In this document: piece after piece, positions 47,764 through 58,525 of the stretch
Position numbering within the stretch: the stretch's first letter is position 1
Layout of the letters: each line of letters starts with the position of its first letter
DNA from: Candidatus Anstonellales archaeon
GTDB lineage: Archaea > Micrarchaeota > Micrarchaeia > Anstonellales > J096
Assembly: GCA_038896535.1 (NCBI GenBank)
Contig: JAWACY010000001.1
Coordinates: 32,001 to 96,000 of the forward strand
Length of the DNA stretch: 64,000 nucleotides
Direction of reading: 5' to 3'
The notes under the pieces: model-generated
Database searches by the model: none
Seen by the model: the letters and a program-made list of their open reading frames with translations, nothing else
Told to the model about the DNA's origin: nothing
Program-made: the position numbers and the translations under genes

Positions 47764-49302
47764 CTACCCCTCTACCTCATTGTTTTTTTCTATCATTGCC
47801 AAGAGCTTTTGCTCTATTTTGCTCTTATCATAACCAGACAAAATAGAAAGGTCAGATGAGAGCTGCTTTACATACCTTAAAAATGCCTTTTTCCTTTTTT
47901 CATGTTCTGCAATCTTCTTTTTATCAGTTATGTGTTGTTTAACATTCCTTGCTGCTTCATAAATTGCATTCTTTATTTCATCAACTATCTCTTCCTCAGC
48001 AGATATTGCCTGCTTACCAGCAGATGTATATGGAACGTGCGTGCTAACAATTGATATAAGCAAATTTATCGGGCTTTGTTCGAAATTATCTATACCATAT
48101 CTTTTCCAATCAACATTTTTCAATGCCTGTGTAATGGCACATGCGCCAGCATCGAACAATAATGGCACTTTATTAGCATATCTCATTACTTGATTGTCTT
48201 TTATTTCTCCACCATAGGCTATTGCCACTTCAACTTTATAGGGAATGCCACCATATAGAATTTTTACAGGCCTTTCAACAACAGCGAATAGCTCAGGCTT
48301 TAATATCTTTTTCAGGCTTGCTTCAAGTTGTTCTCTGCCTATACTTGATAAAACATCCTGCTGTGGGGCTATCCATTTCATTTTCTTGAATGCTTTTATT
48401 ATTTCTTCTGCTTCTTCTCTTGAAAGCGTTGAAGGCTTTTTACTCATATCAATGCCAGTTATTGAGTGCAATTCTTTAACTTTATCGTTAGAGAATCTAG
48501 AAAACTCATTAGTGAAAAATGAACTCAATTTTGTTGCTTGTGTAATTGCAGCCATATCAATTAAATCCTGTACTGCTATGCCCAAAGGATGGGGCTTTAC
48601 TTCTTTTGGTATTGCTGGCAAACTATCGCTTGTTCTTGAAAAAACAACCTGCTGGCCATCAGGACCTTTAAAAATAAATGATGCATGTGGGTTTGCAATT
48701 GCGCTCCTTCTTATATATTCAAATGGCCCATATGCGCTTTTATCATATTTAACTTCTTTAAATTCTGCTTCAACTATAAGACCCTTAAAAGTTCCGCTTT
48801 CTTTCTTTAAATTTGATATGATTGGCTTATTCGATTTTATGTCAATAGATAAATCACATGATATTGTTGTTTCTCCATTGCCAGATATAACATGTGTTTG
48901 TTTTCCTGTTGTTAATAATGAAAGCATTGTACACCCAGCAGCTCCTATGCCTTGCTGCCCTCTTTGTTGAATGTGCCTATGAAACTTCGTTCCAGCAAGC
49001 ATTTGACCAAGAGCCTTCCCTATCAAATGCTCTGGAATGCCTGGGCCATTATCTGATACAACAACTTTATAATGCTCTTCCCCAAGCTCTTTTATTTCGA
49101 CTTTTATGCTTGGTAATATGCCATGCTCTTCACAAGCATCAAGGCTGTTTGTTACATATTCATGAACAATTGTAGTCAATGTCCTTACTTTCCCTGTTAA
49201 TCCAAGCATCTGTCTGTTTTTCCTAAAAAACTCAGTTACTGCATACTCTCTAAAATGCTGCTCAATTTTATTATCAATTTTATTATTAACATTACTAGTC
49301 AT
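47764..49302 (-). CDS. top6B: DNA topoisomerase VI subunit B
   Basis: EFF.KNRQMLG, HEYVTNSLDACE, DNGPG, RGQQGIG, RYANKVPL, VPYTSAGKQ. Confidence 0.96.
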   Translation of the reverse strand: MTSNVNNKIDNKIEQHFREYAVTEFFRKNRQMLGLTGKVRTLTTIVHEYVTNSLDACEEHGILPSIKVEIKELGEEHYKVVVSDNGPGIPEHLIGKALGQMLAGTKFHRHIQQRGQQGIGAAGCTMLSLLTTGKQTHVISGNGETTISCDLSIDIKSNKPIISNLKKESGTFKGLIVEAEFKEVKYDKSAYGPFEYIRRSAIANPHASFIFKGPDGQQVVFSRTSDSLPAIPKEVKPHPLGIAVQDLIDMAAITQATKLSSFFTNEFSRFSNDKVKELHSITGIDMSKKPSTLSREEAEEIIKAFKKMKWIAPQQDVLSSIGREQLEASLKKILKPELFAVVERPVKILYGGIPYKVEVAIAYGGEIKDNQVMRYANKVPLLFDAGACAITQALKNVDWKRYGIDNFEQSPINLLISIVSTHVPYTSAGKQAISAEEEIVDEIKNAIYEAARNVKQHITDKKKIAEHEKRKKAFLRYVKQLSSDLSILSGYDKSKIEQKLLAMIEKNNEVEG

Positions 49303-49352
49303 ATAATTATATTTCTGGTTAAATCTTAAAAAACTATTCTATATTACATATC

Positions 49353-50783
49353 ATGCTAAATGAAAGCATATTTAGAGAATATGATTTAAGGGGCATAATA
49401 GGCAAGGATATAGATGAAAATGGTTTTAACACAATTGCATTAGCATTTGCAAATATATTAAAAAAGAGAAAATTAAAAACTTGCTTGATAGGCCATGATT
49501 ACAGAGAAAAAAGCGAGTTATTCAGGCAATATTTTGTTAAGGGCTTAATAGATAATGGGATTAATGTCATAGACATAGGCATGAGCTTAACCCCAATCTT
49601 ACATCATGCGCAGTTTTTCTATAAATGCAAAGCATGTGCAGCAATAACAGCAAGCCACAATCCAAAAGAATGGACTGGTTTAAAGTTATCTTATGACATA
49701 AAAAGGACATTCTTGCCCGATGATATAAAAGAACTTAAAAAAGAAGTTGAAATAGTGAATAAAAGAATGAAAGGGCAGGGAAAAAGTAAAAATACAAAGA
49801 GCCTTGGCAATTATAAAAGAGGGCATTATTTCCATATTTATACAGAAGATTTGAAAAGAATAATTGGTGAAATAAAACAAGCAAAAAAAATAAAGGCAGT
49901 GGTCAATCCTGGAAATGGTACTGCATGTGCTTTTGCTGGGCCATTATTAAGGGCTTTTAATATAAAGACATATGAAATAAATAACAACCTTGATTGGACT
50001 TTTCCGAAATATTACCCAAACCCAAGCCTTGAGGAAATGATGAAAGAGACAGCGAATAAAACAAAGCAAGAAAAAGCAGATATTGGTTTTGCATTTGATG
50101 GTGATGGAGACAGGCTTGGGGTAGTTGATGAAAAAGGAAATATCATATATGCAGATTATTACATTGCAGCATTGCTTGACTATATAGCAAGCAAATTACC
50201 AGAAGAGGAAAAAAGAAAAAGGGCTGTAATATATAATGTTGCAACATCAAAAGTTATTGCTGACATAGCAAAAAAACATGGTATAAAAGCAGTTATGTGC
50301 AAAACTGGGCATTCTTATATAAGAGATGAAATGCAAAAAAGAAATGCAATATTGGCTGGGGAATCAAGCGGGCATGTGTTCATAAATAGGCCTTTCTATT
50401 ATGGCTTTGATGATGCTTGTTATGCTGCTTTATTAATAGTAAAAATGATCACTGAGAAAGGAAGGCTAAGTAAGTGCATAGAAAAACTCCCAAAGTATAT
50501 AACAAGCCCAACATATCAGATATTTTGTCCGGATAAAGAAAAATACAGAAAAATTGAAGAAATAACGAATTTATTAATAAAAAATGGCCTTAACCCAATA
50601 ACAATAAATGGAGCCAGAGTTGAATTTGAAGATGCTTGGTTTGTCATAAGGGCTTCATCAAACATGCCAAGCATTGTTGTCAGAATAGAAGCGAGAAAAG
50701 AGAAAAGGCTTGAAGAAATTAAAGAGTTTGTCAAGTTAATTTTAAATAAGGTTGGTATAAATAGTGCTTGGAAAACTGGATAA
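49353..50783 (+). CDS. Phosphomannomutase/phosphoglucomutase
   Basis: IFREYDLRG, TASHNP, FDGDGDR, GESSGH, RASSN. Confidence 0.94.
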   Translation: MLNESIFREYDLRGIIGKDIDENGFNTIALAFANILKKRKLKTCLIGHDYREKSELFRQYFVKGLIDNGINVIDIGMSLTPILHHAQFFYKCKACAAITASHNPKEWTGLKLSYDIKRTFLPDDIKELKKEVEIVNKRMKGQGKSKNTKSLGNYKRGHYFHIYTEDLKRIIGEIKQAKKIKAVVNPGNGTACAFAGPLLRAFNIKTYEINNNLDWTFPKYYPNPSLEEMMKETANKTKQEKADIGFAFDGDGDRLGVVDEKGNIIYADYYIAALLDYIASKLPEEEKRKRAVIYNVATSKVIADIAKKHGIKAVMCKTGHSYIRDEMQKRNAILAGESSGHVFINRPFYYGFDDACYAALLIVKMITEKGRLSKCIEKLPKYITSPTYQIFCPDKEKYRKIEEITNLLIKNGLNPITINGARVEFEDAWFVIRASSNMPSIVVRIEARKEKRLEEIKEFVKLILNKVGINSAWKTG

Positions 50784-50805
50784 TTAAATATTGCTTGTGA
50801 TTGTT

Positions 50806-53313
50806 ATGGACTTAATAATTGCATCTCAAATGAGTAGAAAAGAGATAGAATCAAGGCTCAGCACTAACTTGGAAAATGGACTTAGCAGTGAGGAGGCAAA
50901 AAAAAGGCTTGAGCAGTATGGCTACAATATTATAGAAGAGAAAAAGAAAAAAACTTTGATTGATATCGTATCAGCACAATTCAGAAATCATATTTTATGG
51001 TTATTATTGATAGCTGCAATAATAAGTTTATATATAAATCAATATGAGGAGGCAATAGCAATAATAATAGCAATATTGATCTCAATTGCATTTGGTACTT
51101 ATCTAGAATACAAGGCAAATGAAAGCATAGAGCAGTTAAGCAAATATCTTGAGGAGATGTCACTTGTAATAAGGGATAAGAAAATCTATATAATTCCAAA
51201 TTCAGAACTTGTGCCTGGAGATGTGATAATAATAAATGCAGGCCAAAAGGTGCCTGCTGATTGTTATATATTTGAAAGCTCTGACCTTGAATTGAATGAA
51301 GCAGTATTTACTGGCGAATCAAAAGCGATAAAAAAATCGGCCCAAGTATTGAAAGAGCCGGTCCAGATATATAAACTTAAGAACATTTTATTTGCAAATA
51401 CAGAAGTATTGAGAGGAACAGCAAAGGCAGTTGTAATAAAAACAGGGCATGAAACAGAGATTGGTAAAATAGCTGAGAAGTTAAAAGAGATCGAGCAAGA
51501 GACAACCGGCCTTTACAAAGACATGGAAAAGATATCAAAAAATATATCTATTATTGGCGCAATTCTGGTCATTTTAATATTAACAATGGGCTTCATAAAG
51601 GGCCTTGATATAAATACAATATTTATATTTGCACTAACCCTTGCTGTGGCAGTTGTGCCAGAAGGGCTAACTACTGTATTAACCATCATACTTGGACTTA
51701 ATGTAAAGAAAATGGGTGAAAACAATGCACTGATAAGAAGGCTTTCTGCAATTGACAATATAGGGAGGATAAATGTAATAGCTACAGACAAAACAGGAAC
51801 ATTGACAAGGGGCAAGATGACTCTCATGCATATCTATTATGATAATGTACTTTATGATAGCATAGAAAAAAACAAAGAAAAGCTAAAAGAATTTTTACAA
51901 CTTGCTTATAATGCAACAGAAAGCAAGATAACTGACAAGGGTATTGTTGGGGATGAAATAGATACTGCAATAACTGAGGTTGCTGTTGCTCTTCAAATAA
52001 AAAGGCAAAAACCAGACAGCTTATCCCCTTTTTCTTCTGAAAAAAAGTATATGAGCGTGAAAATAGGTAATAAAGAAATCATAAAAGGAGCATCTGATGT
52101 TGTTATGAAAATGGCGTCACATATATTGATAAATGGGAAAACAGAAAGGATTAATAGAAAAATAAAGGAGCAAATAAAGGAAATAATAATAAATGAAGAA
52201 AAAAATGCCATGAAAACCATAGCTCTTGCAAAAAGAGAAAATGGCATAACTTCAATTATTGGCTTCATGTTTTTTTCTGACCCCCCAAAAGAAGAAGCAA
52301 AAAAAACAGTTGAATGGTTAAAAAATAATAATATAAGGGTTGTAATGCTTACAGGGGATGATATACAAACAGCAGAGGCCATAGCAAGGCAGATAGGTAT
52401 AGATGGAAAAGCTGTTTTATGGCAAAACATTGAAAGCTTAGATGAAAATGAGTTGTTATCTATTTTGAATGAATACACAATAATAGCAAGAAGCACGCCA
52501 ACAGCAAAACTAAAAATTGTCGAAGCGCTTATTAAAAAGAATGTTGTTTGTACAATAGGCGATGGCATTAATGATGCCCTTGCATTAAAAAAATCTCATA
52601 TTAGCGTTGTCATGGGAAAAATGGGCGCAACAGTTAGCAAAGAAATTGCAGATATTGTACTAATAGATGATAATATAGAAACACTCACAAAGGCAATAAA
52701 CCTTGGCAAGAATACAATAGTAAATATAAATAACTTCTTAAGGTTTCAATTAACAGCAAATGGCACAGCAATAGTGATGACAATACTGAATTTCCTCATA
52801 AACCCAATAAAATCTTTAATACTTACCCCATTACAAATATTATGGATAAATATCATTCTTGATGGGCCACCAGCTTTAGCCCAAGGGTTTGAAGAAAAAA
52901 GAGACATTAAAAGTATTGGCATATTAGATAAAAATACTATAAATATCATTTTTGCAAATGCATTATTTATGGGTATTTTGTGCTTCATTGTTTTTATGCT
53001 TAACCAGAATGATTATACAAAAGCATTAACATATGCATTTACATTATTTGTATTTTTTCAGATATGGAATGCACTAAATTCCAGATCAATTGACAGGCCT
53101 TTTTATGAAGGTGTTGCTAAAAATAAAGTTATGCTCCTGTCTCTAACATTCATTGTCATAATGCAAAGCTTTCTATTAAGCAATGAGACAACTTTAAAAC
53201 TCTTTGATATTGAGCCATTAAACATAAGTGAATTAGGCTTTCTATTTTTATTATCTTTTTCTATAGTGATATTTGAAGAAACAAGAAAAAGGTTGGGCAT
53301 ATGGACTGGCTAG
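50806..53313 (+). CDS. Cation-transporting P-type ATPase (type IIA/Ca2+-like)
   Basis: TGES, VPEGL, DKTGTLT, TGDD, GDGINDA, QILWINIILDGPPA. Confidence 0.93.
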   Translation: MDLIIASQMSRKEIESRLSTNLENGLSSEEAKKRLEQYGYNIIEEKKKKTLIDIVSAQFRNHILWLLLIAAIISLYINQYEEAIAIIIAILISIAFGTYLEYKANESIEQLSKYLEEMSLVIRDKKIYIIPNSELVPGDVIIINAGQKVPADCYIFESSDLELNEAVFTGESKAIKKSAQVLKEPVQIYKLKNILFANTEVLRGTAKAVVIKTGHETEIGKIAEKLKEIEQETTGLYKDMEKISKNISIIGAILVILILTMGFIKGLDINTIFIFALTLAVAVVPEGLTTVLTIILGLNVKKMGENNALIRRLSAIDNIGRINVIATDKTGTLTRGKMTLMHIYYDNVLYDSIEKNKEKLKEFLQLAYNATESKITDKGIVGDEIDTAITEVAVALQIKRQKPDSLSPFSSEKKYMSVKIGNKEIIKGASDVVMKMASHILINGKTERINRKIKEQIKEIIINEEKNAMKTIALAKRENGITSIIGFMFFSDPPKEEAKKTVEWLKNNNIRVVMLTGDDIQTAEAIARQIGIDGKAVLWQNIESLDENELLSILNEYTIIARSTPTAKLKIVEALIKKNVVCTIGDGINDALALKKSHISVVMGKMGATVSKEIADIVLIDDNIETLTKAINLGKNTIVNINNFLRFQLTANGTAIVMTILNFLINPIKSLILTPLQILWINIILDGPPALAQGFEEKRDIKSIGILDKNTINIIFANALFMGILCFIVFMLNQNDYTKALTYAFTLFVFFQIWNALNSRSIDRPFYEGVAKNKVMLLSLTFIVIMQSFLLSNETTLKLFDIEPLNISELGFLFLLSFSIVIFEETRKRLGIWTG

Positions 53314-53840
53314 TTTTTCCAAACGTTTATCCGCCATCAGAGGATACATTCATGTTATATGAAGAGCTTAAAAAAGAAAGAGGAAAAATGCTTGAAATTG
53401 GTACTGGTTCTGGTTATATAGCAATAAACTACGCAAAAAAAGGCTATGCAGTGGATGCTTGCGACATAGATAAAATAGCGATAGAAAATGCAAAGAAAAA
53501 TGCAGAAATGAATAATGTTAAAAATGTTCATTTTTTTATCTCTAATGTTTTCTCAAATGTTAATGATAAATATGATATAATTGCTTTTAATCCGCCATAT
53601 TTAGAAAAAGAATTGAATAATAGCTGGATTAGTGTAGAGGATAATGGAGCAATAGAAGAATTTATTAACAACGTTAGGAGTTATCTTAATAAGGGGGGGA
53701 GAGCTTATATAATATTATCGACTGAGAACAATAAGTTTGAGTATTATAAAAAAATGCTTTTAGATTGGGAGGTTATAAATAAAAAAACTTTTTTCTTTGA
53801 AGATATTTTTCTTTACAGGTTAAAAAAGCAAAATTTTTAA
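53301..53840 (+). CDS. HemK2/PrmC-like methyltransferase
   Basis: VYPPSEDT, LEIGTGSG, FNPPY. Confidence 0.9.
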   Translation: MDWLVFPNVYPPSEDTFMLYEELKKERGKMLEIGTGSGYIAINYAKKGYAVDACDIDKIAIENAKKNAEMNNVKNVHFFISNVFSNVNDKYDIIAFNPPYLEKELNNSWISVEDNGAIEEFINNVRSYLNKGGRAYIILSTENNKFEYYKKMLLDWEVINKKTFFFEDIFLYRLKKQNF

Positions 53841-53879
53841 ATAGATTGATTTAAATAACATAAAAAAAGAGGTGTAAAT

Positions 53880-54245
53880 ATGGGCATACTAGATAAAATT
53901 TTTGGAGGCCAACCAAAAGTTGAAGCCTTGGAAAATATAGATGAAGTTATAGAGGAAGAAGAAGTAGATGCAGTAACGCCACCAGCAAAGATGTATGTAA
54001 AGAAAATTCCTTTAAGGAATGAAGGCGATGCAGACCTTGCTGTGAAAGAACTGGGGGCAGGAAATATAGTGATAATAGATACAACCCCAATAATAAAACA
54101 ACCAAACAGATTAAAAACACTTATAGACAAAATAAAAACAAATGCACAAAAGAATAATGGGGATGTTGCTGCACTTGTACCCTCGCATGAATTAATACTT
54201 GTAACGCCTTCTGGAGTAAGAATAGTTAAGGCAAAGAAAGGTTAA
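53880..54245 (+). CDS. sepF: Cell division protein SepF (archaeal)
   Basis: Amphipathic MGILDKIFGG, acidic linker, GNIVIID, GDVA, LVTPSGVRI. Confidence 0.88.
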   Translation: MGILDKIFGGQPKVEALENIDEVIEEEEVDAVTPPAKMYVKKIPLRNEGDADLAVKELGAGNIVIIDTTPIIKQPNRLKTLIDKIKTNAQKNNGDVAALVPSHELILVTPSGVRIVKAKKG

Positions 54246-54247
54246 TT

Positions 54248-54415
54248 ATGGGGCTTCAAAAGAAGATTTCTTTACCGACCCCACAGGCAGGCATACTCGG
54301 TATAAGCCAAAAACAGGAAGAAGAAAGTATATTTCTTATAGACCCGAAGGCATTTGTTATTGCCTGCCTTGTTTTGGTATTAATAATAAAAGCTTTGCAT
54401 TTGGTGTTGGGCTAG
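54248..54415 (+). CDS. secG: Preprotein translocase subunit Sec61-beta (not in ORF track)
   Basis: MGLQKKISLPTPQAGILGISQKQEEESIFLIDPKAFVIACLVLVLIIKALHLVLG: AGI...IDP + C-terminal TM pattern; its stop overlaps the tatD GTG. Confidence 0.8.
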   Translation: MGLQKKISLPTPQAGILGISQKQEEESIFLIDPKAFVIACLVLVLIIKALHLVLG

Positions 54416-55155
54416 TGGCAGTTGATGTACATTGTCATCTGCAAGACCTTGATGAAAGTTATGTGGAGCGGTTATCAAGGCAAAGGACAGTGTTCCCCAT
54501 AATTGCTGGTTATTCGGAATCATCTAACAAAAAGGCTTTTGAGCTCAGTAAAAAATATGGGTTTCCTTTCTATGCCGGCATTGCCCCGCAAGTTGCTATA
54601 AAAGAAACTTTCTCAATGGCAAAGATAAAAAAGCTCCTTGAGTATGCTGTTGCATTGGGCGAGATAGGGCTTGATTACAAGTGGGCAAAGAATGAGCAAG
54701 ACAAAAAAAGGCAGAAGGATGTTTTCATAAAACTTCTTGACCTCGCCCATACCCTTGATCTGCCGGTAGTGATACACTGCAGAAATGCATATAATGAACT
54801 GATAGATTTATTAAAAGAATATGGCAACAAGATGCCTCTGATGATGCACTCTTTTTTTGGCACTACATTACATGCAACATTGCTGCTTGAATGGAATGTT
54901 TTGTTTTCCATAAATACTGTGAAAACAAAGGATAAAAAATCTGTTATAGCAAGATTGCCAATGAAATTTTTTGTAACTGAAACGGATTGCCCATACATAG
55001 ATAAAAATCCAGAAATGATTTACAAATCATTAAGCCTTATATCAGAAACAAAAGGATTAAAAGATTTGGAAGTAGAAAAAGAAACAACAAAAAATGCAAT
55101 TTCATTTTTTAATCTAAAAAATAATGATATATACAAATACAGGATAAGTCTTTAA
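54415..55155 (+). CDS. tatD: TatD family hydrolase/DNase
   Basis: DVHCHL, GEIGLDY, PVVIHCRNA, HSF, TETDCPY. Confidence 0.92.
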   Translation: MAVDVHCHLQDLDESYVERLSRQRTVFPIIAGYSESSNKKAFELSKKYGFPFYAGIAPQVAIKETFSMAKIKKLLEYAVALGEIGLDYKWAKNEQDKKRQKDVFIKLLDLAHTLDLPVVIHCRNAYNELIDLLKEYGNKMPLMMHSFFGTTLHATLLLEWNVLFSINTVKTKDKKSVIARLPMKFFVTETDCPYIDKNPEMIYKSLSLISETKGLKDLEVEKETTKNAISFFNLKNNDIYKYRISL

Positions 55156-55255
55156 TATAAATTTTGACTAAATACATTAAATTCTTAATATATTGCTCTT
55201 AATAGATTAAATCATTAATAGATTAAATTTTAAATTGTTTTTATTTATTGTTTTT

Positions 55256-55783
55256 ATGCAAAAACAAGAACTGTCAAACATAAGAAAAGCATTTGAAAAT
55301 GGTGATTTCAGAAAACTCAAAAAATTTCATGATGACCTTGTGAATGAGATAATGCTTAATCCGGATAAAAGCATCGTTGATTTTGCAGTTTATATATACG
55401 CATTAAGCAAACTATTGACAAAGCTGAGATACCAGAAGGAACAGGGGCAAAAGGCAATGAAAATTATAGAATCTGTTTTATTAAAAATAGAGAATGAAGG
55501 AATAAATGAAAAAAATCTTAGAGAACTTGAAGAAAGCATAAAAAACACAGAGTTGCAAGATAAGAGGTTTATTCTTGATATGATACTAAAAGGGAGATTG
55601 AAAACTGCTGCATTATTATATGCTAAAGGCCTTTCATTATCAACAGCTTCTGGCATTACTGGTATAATAAAAGAGGAAATATTATCATATGCTGGAAAAA
55701 CAATGATGTTTGAAAGAATAAAGGATGAGGTAAAGGTGAAAAAAAGGCTTGAAAATGCTAGAAAACTGCTTGGCGGTGGATAG
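55256..55783 (+). CDS. Hypothetical protein with a C-terminal HTH-like segment
   Basis: K.A..LYAKGLSLSTAS.ITG....EILSY.GKT; abuts the downstream PIN-like gene. Confidence 0.6.
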   Translation: MQKQELSNIRKAFENGDFRKLKKFHDDLVNEIMLNPDKSIVDFAVYIYALSKLLTKLRYQKEQGQKAMKIIESVLLKIENEGINEKNLRELEESIKNTELQDKRFILDMILKGRLKTAALLYAKGLSLSTASGITGIIKEEILSYAGKTMMFERIKDEVKVKKRLENARKLLGGG

Positions 55784-56467
55784 ATGGAAAGGGCAATTTT
55801 TTGTGATTCCTCATCATTAATATCAATTGGTGAAGCTTGTATGCTAGATGTATTTGAATTTTTTTCATCAAGGGATATTAATTTCCTTATTACAGATATA
55901 ATAGAGAATGAAATAGTAAAAAAACCGCTAAGCATAGAAATGAAGGGTTATCAGCTTTCCGCTCTAAGATTGAAAAGGCTTATAGATAAAAAAATCATAA
56001 ATGTAATAAAAACTGACCAGAAAGAAACAGAAGAATTCCTTTCAATAGTTAATAACATATTTTTTGCTGACGGAAGGGCTATAAGGCTCGTAGATGCCGG
56101 AGAAGCAAACATAATACTAAAAGCAGAAGAGCTCGGTATAAATAATATATTAATGGATGAGAGGACTACAAGGCTTATGATAGAAGCGCCTTTCAAAATA
56201 AGCGAGCATTTCGAGCAAGAATTAAACAAAGAAGTAAAAATAAATGAGAAAAATTTAAAACAGGCCATAAGGGTATTGAATAAATTCAACGTGATAAGAA
56301 GTTGCGAGTTTATATCAATTGCTTATGAAAATGGCTTTTTTTCTAAGTATGGAAAAGATGCAAGAAATTTTTTTGAAGCTGCTTTATATAAATTAAAATA
56401 TAATGGGTGTGCGATAAGTTTTGACGATATAAGTGATATATTAAAGGAGGTAGCAATAAAAGTATGA
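55784..56467 (+). CDS. PIN-like domain protein
   Basis: IFCDSSSLIS, E, VDAGEA, ILMDERTTR acidic PIN pattern. Confidence 0.65.
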   Translation: MERAIFCDSSSLISIGEACMLDVFEFFSSRDINFLITDIIENEIVKKPLSIEMKGYQLSALRLKRLIDKKIINVIKTDQKETEEFLSIVNNIFFADGRAIRLVDAGEANIILKAEELGINNILMDERTTRLMIEAPFKISEHFEQELNKEVKINEKNLKQAIRVLNKFNVIRSCEFISIAYENGFFSKYGKDARNFFEAALYKLKYNGCAISFDDISDILKEVAIKV

Positions 56468-57090
56468 ATAAGCAAATGTTATTAATAAATGCCATTATTG
56501 TTGATGCAAGAGAACCAGATTATATAATAAATGAGTTGAAAAAAAAGGCAGATATAGAAATTAAACAAATTCCTCTTGCTGATTATGTTATTAGCAATAC
56601 AGCAATAGAAAGAAAGAGCGCAGAAGATTTTGAAAACTCAATAATTGATGGAAGGCTTTTTAGACAATGCAAAGAATTGAAAGAACATTTTGATAATGTA
56701 ATATTGATATTAGAGGGCTCACAAATAAGGCTTGATAAAAAAATATGGAATGCTGCTATTGCATCAATTGCTATATCTGGCATTACAATAATAAGAGTCA
56801 ATGACTGGCTTGACACAGTCGATATTATAGTTAATATAAAACAAAAACTTGAAAAAGAGGGAGAAGATTTTGTTTATATAGTAAAAGATAAAAAGCCTTT
56901 ATCATTAGATGAACAAAAAATTTTTTTATTGAGTTCAATAAAAGGGATAGGGAAAAAAAGAGCTAAGGCCATAATAGAGAATTTTAAAACACTTAAAAGG
57001 TTAGCAAATGCGGATAAGGAGGAAATAGAGAAATTGCCAGGATTTGGAAGTAAAAGAGCAAAAATACTATTTGATATATTTAATATGTGA
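56464..57090 (+). CDS. Short XPF/ERCC4 endonuclease with HhH motifs
   Basis: IVDARE, ADY, IERKS..DF..SIIDGRL..Q, IKGIG.KRA, LPGFG.KRA. Confidence 0.9.
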   Translation: MNKQMLLINAIIVDAREPDYIINELKKKADIEIKQIPLADYVISNTAIERKSAEDFENSIIDGRLFRQCKELKEHFDNVILILEGSQIRLDKKIWNAAIASIAISGITIIRVNDWLDTVDIIVNIKQKLEKEGEDFVYIVKDKKPLSLDEQKIFLLSSIKGIGKKRAKAIIENFKTLKRLANADKEEIEKLPGFGSKRAKILFDIFNM

Positions 57091-57094
57091 TTAA

Positions 57095-58525
57095 ATGGTA
57101 TACAAAGAAGCAAGTGTTAATACAATAAGGACAGTAATAACAATATTGTCATCTTTATTATTTGCTATTATCATATTTAGAACTTTTCAAGCTGAAGAAG
57201 TTGGGACATATTATTTTTGGTTATCAATTACTATTATTGTCTCAATCATATTTAATATTCCATATTCAACATTGCTTTATTTAATACCAAAGGATTTAGA
57301 AAAAAGCAAAAAAATTCTAACAAGCACTGTTATAGTTACTTTTCTATTATCATTTCTTGTTCTGATTTTTATATTTAAAACCCTTGGATTTGAAGATTAT
57401 ATCATATTATCCTTTTTAGGGAGCTTTATTGTTATAACTCAATTAGGTCATGAAATCGTTTTTTCTGCAAAGATGTTAAAGGATTCACTATTATTTACAG
57501 TTATTTCAAACCTATTAAAACTTTTATCATTGCTGCTATTTATTTTCTTCGATATAAAAACTGCGCTCTCATTATTTTTTGCTACTTTTATTTCCGCAGT
57601 CTGCTGGCTAATACCAATAAGAAAAATAATGAAATTAAATGAAATAAATTTTCATTCATTATCTCATGTAATTGAGTTGATCAAAAATAGTAAAGAGGGA
57701 TTTTACTTATATCTAGTTAATATATTGACTTACATTAACATATCTGTTGACACAATATTAGCAGGAATATTTTTAACTGCCTTTGATGTTGGTATATATA
57801 ATATAGCCGGCAATATAATGAGATATGTTATAAATAACATACCATCAAGCATATCATTTTTTATATTTCCCATTCTTTTAAGAAGTAATAAAAAGGGCTT
57901 ACTTGGATTGTCTCTAATAATAGTAAATGTCTTTGTTTTGCCTTTTGTTATTGCAAGCATATACCCATATCCATTTGTAAAATTAATATCTGGAGGATAT
58001 GAAAATCATGCAATGTTATTATTTTATTTCCTTCCTGCAGTAATATGCGCTCCAATATTATACACTCTAATAAGATATGCCCTATCACAAAAAGACTTTT
58101 TTTTTGTTAAATATTTGGCACTTACTGGTATATTAAACATATTACTTAATTACATCGCAATATTGTATGGCTTTGGGATAAATGGACTTGCAATGGCAAC
58201 ATCTATAAGCATAGTTGTTTTTTCTTTTATTTTGGCTTATAAAATGAGGTCAGTTTTGGCTATATCATACAGCATAAAGACCATAATTGCTGGAATAGCA
58301 CTCACATTATTATGCTATATCTTAAGTATTGATATGCCAAAATCTTTTGAAAACGATGCAAAGGCTTTGTTATATGCAGTATTCTTTATTGCTTTGTCCT
58401 TTTTTGTTAATGCCATATTAATCTATATCTTATTTATAAATGAATCAAAGGCATTATTGAGAAACATTTTTATACTTCTTAATAAAATAAAGGATTATGC
58501 AATGCGCAGATTTAGCATTACATGA
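57095..58525 (+). CDS. Oligosaccharide flippase (Wzx/MOP superfamily)
   Basis: Many TM segments; D..L.G.FL..FDVG.Y.IA; LNILLNY....GING.A.ATS. Confidence 0.8.
   Translation: MVYKEASVNTIRTVITILSSLLFAIIIFRTFQAEEVGTYYFWLSITIIVSIIFNIPYSTLLYLIPKDLEKSKKILTSTVIVTFLLSFLVLIFIFKTLGFEDYIILSFLGSFIVITQLGHEIVFSAKMLKDSLLFTVISNLLKLLSLLLFIFFDIKTALSLFFATFISAVCWLIPIRKIMKLNEINFHSLSHVIELIKNSKEGFYLYLVNILTYINISVDTILAGIFLTAFDVGIYNIAGNIMRYVINNIPSSISFFIFPILLRSNKKGLLGLSLIIVNVFVLPFVIASIYPYPFVKLISGGYENHAMLLFYFLPAVICAPILYTLIRYALSQKDFFFVKYLALTGILNILLNYIAILYGFGINGLAMATSISIVVFSFILAYKMRSVLAISYSIKTIIAGIALTLLCYILSIDMPKSFENDAKALLYAVFFIALSFFVNAILIYILFINESKALLRNIFILLNKIKDYAMRRFSIT

Noticed and set aside
48245..48970. Long antisense ORFs (also 14229..14720, 51993..52568, 55390..55935, 26342..26764 and others)
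   Set aside because: They lie opposite well-supported genes and have the Phe/Ser/Ile-rich composition expected of shadow frames
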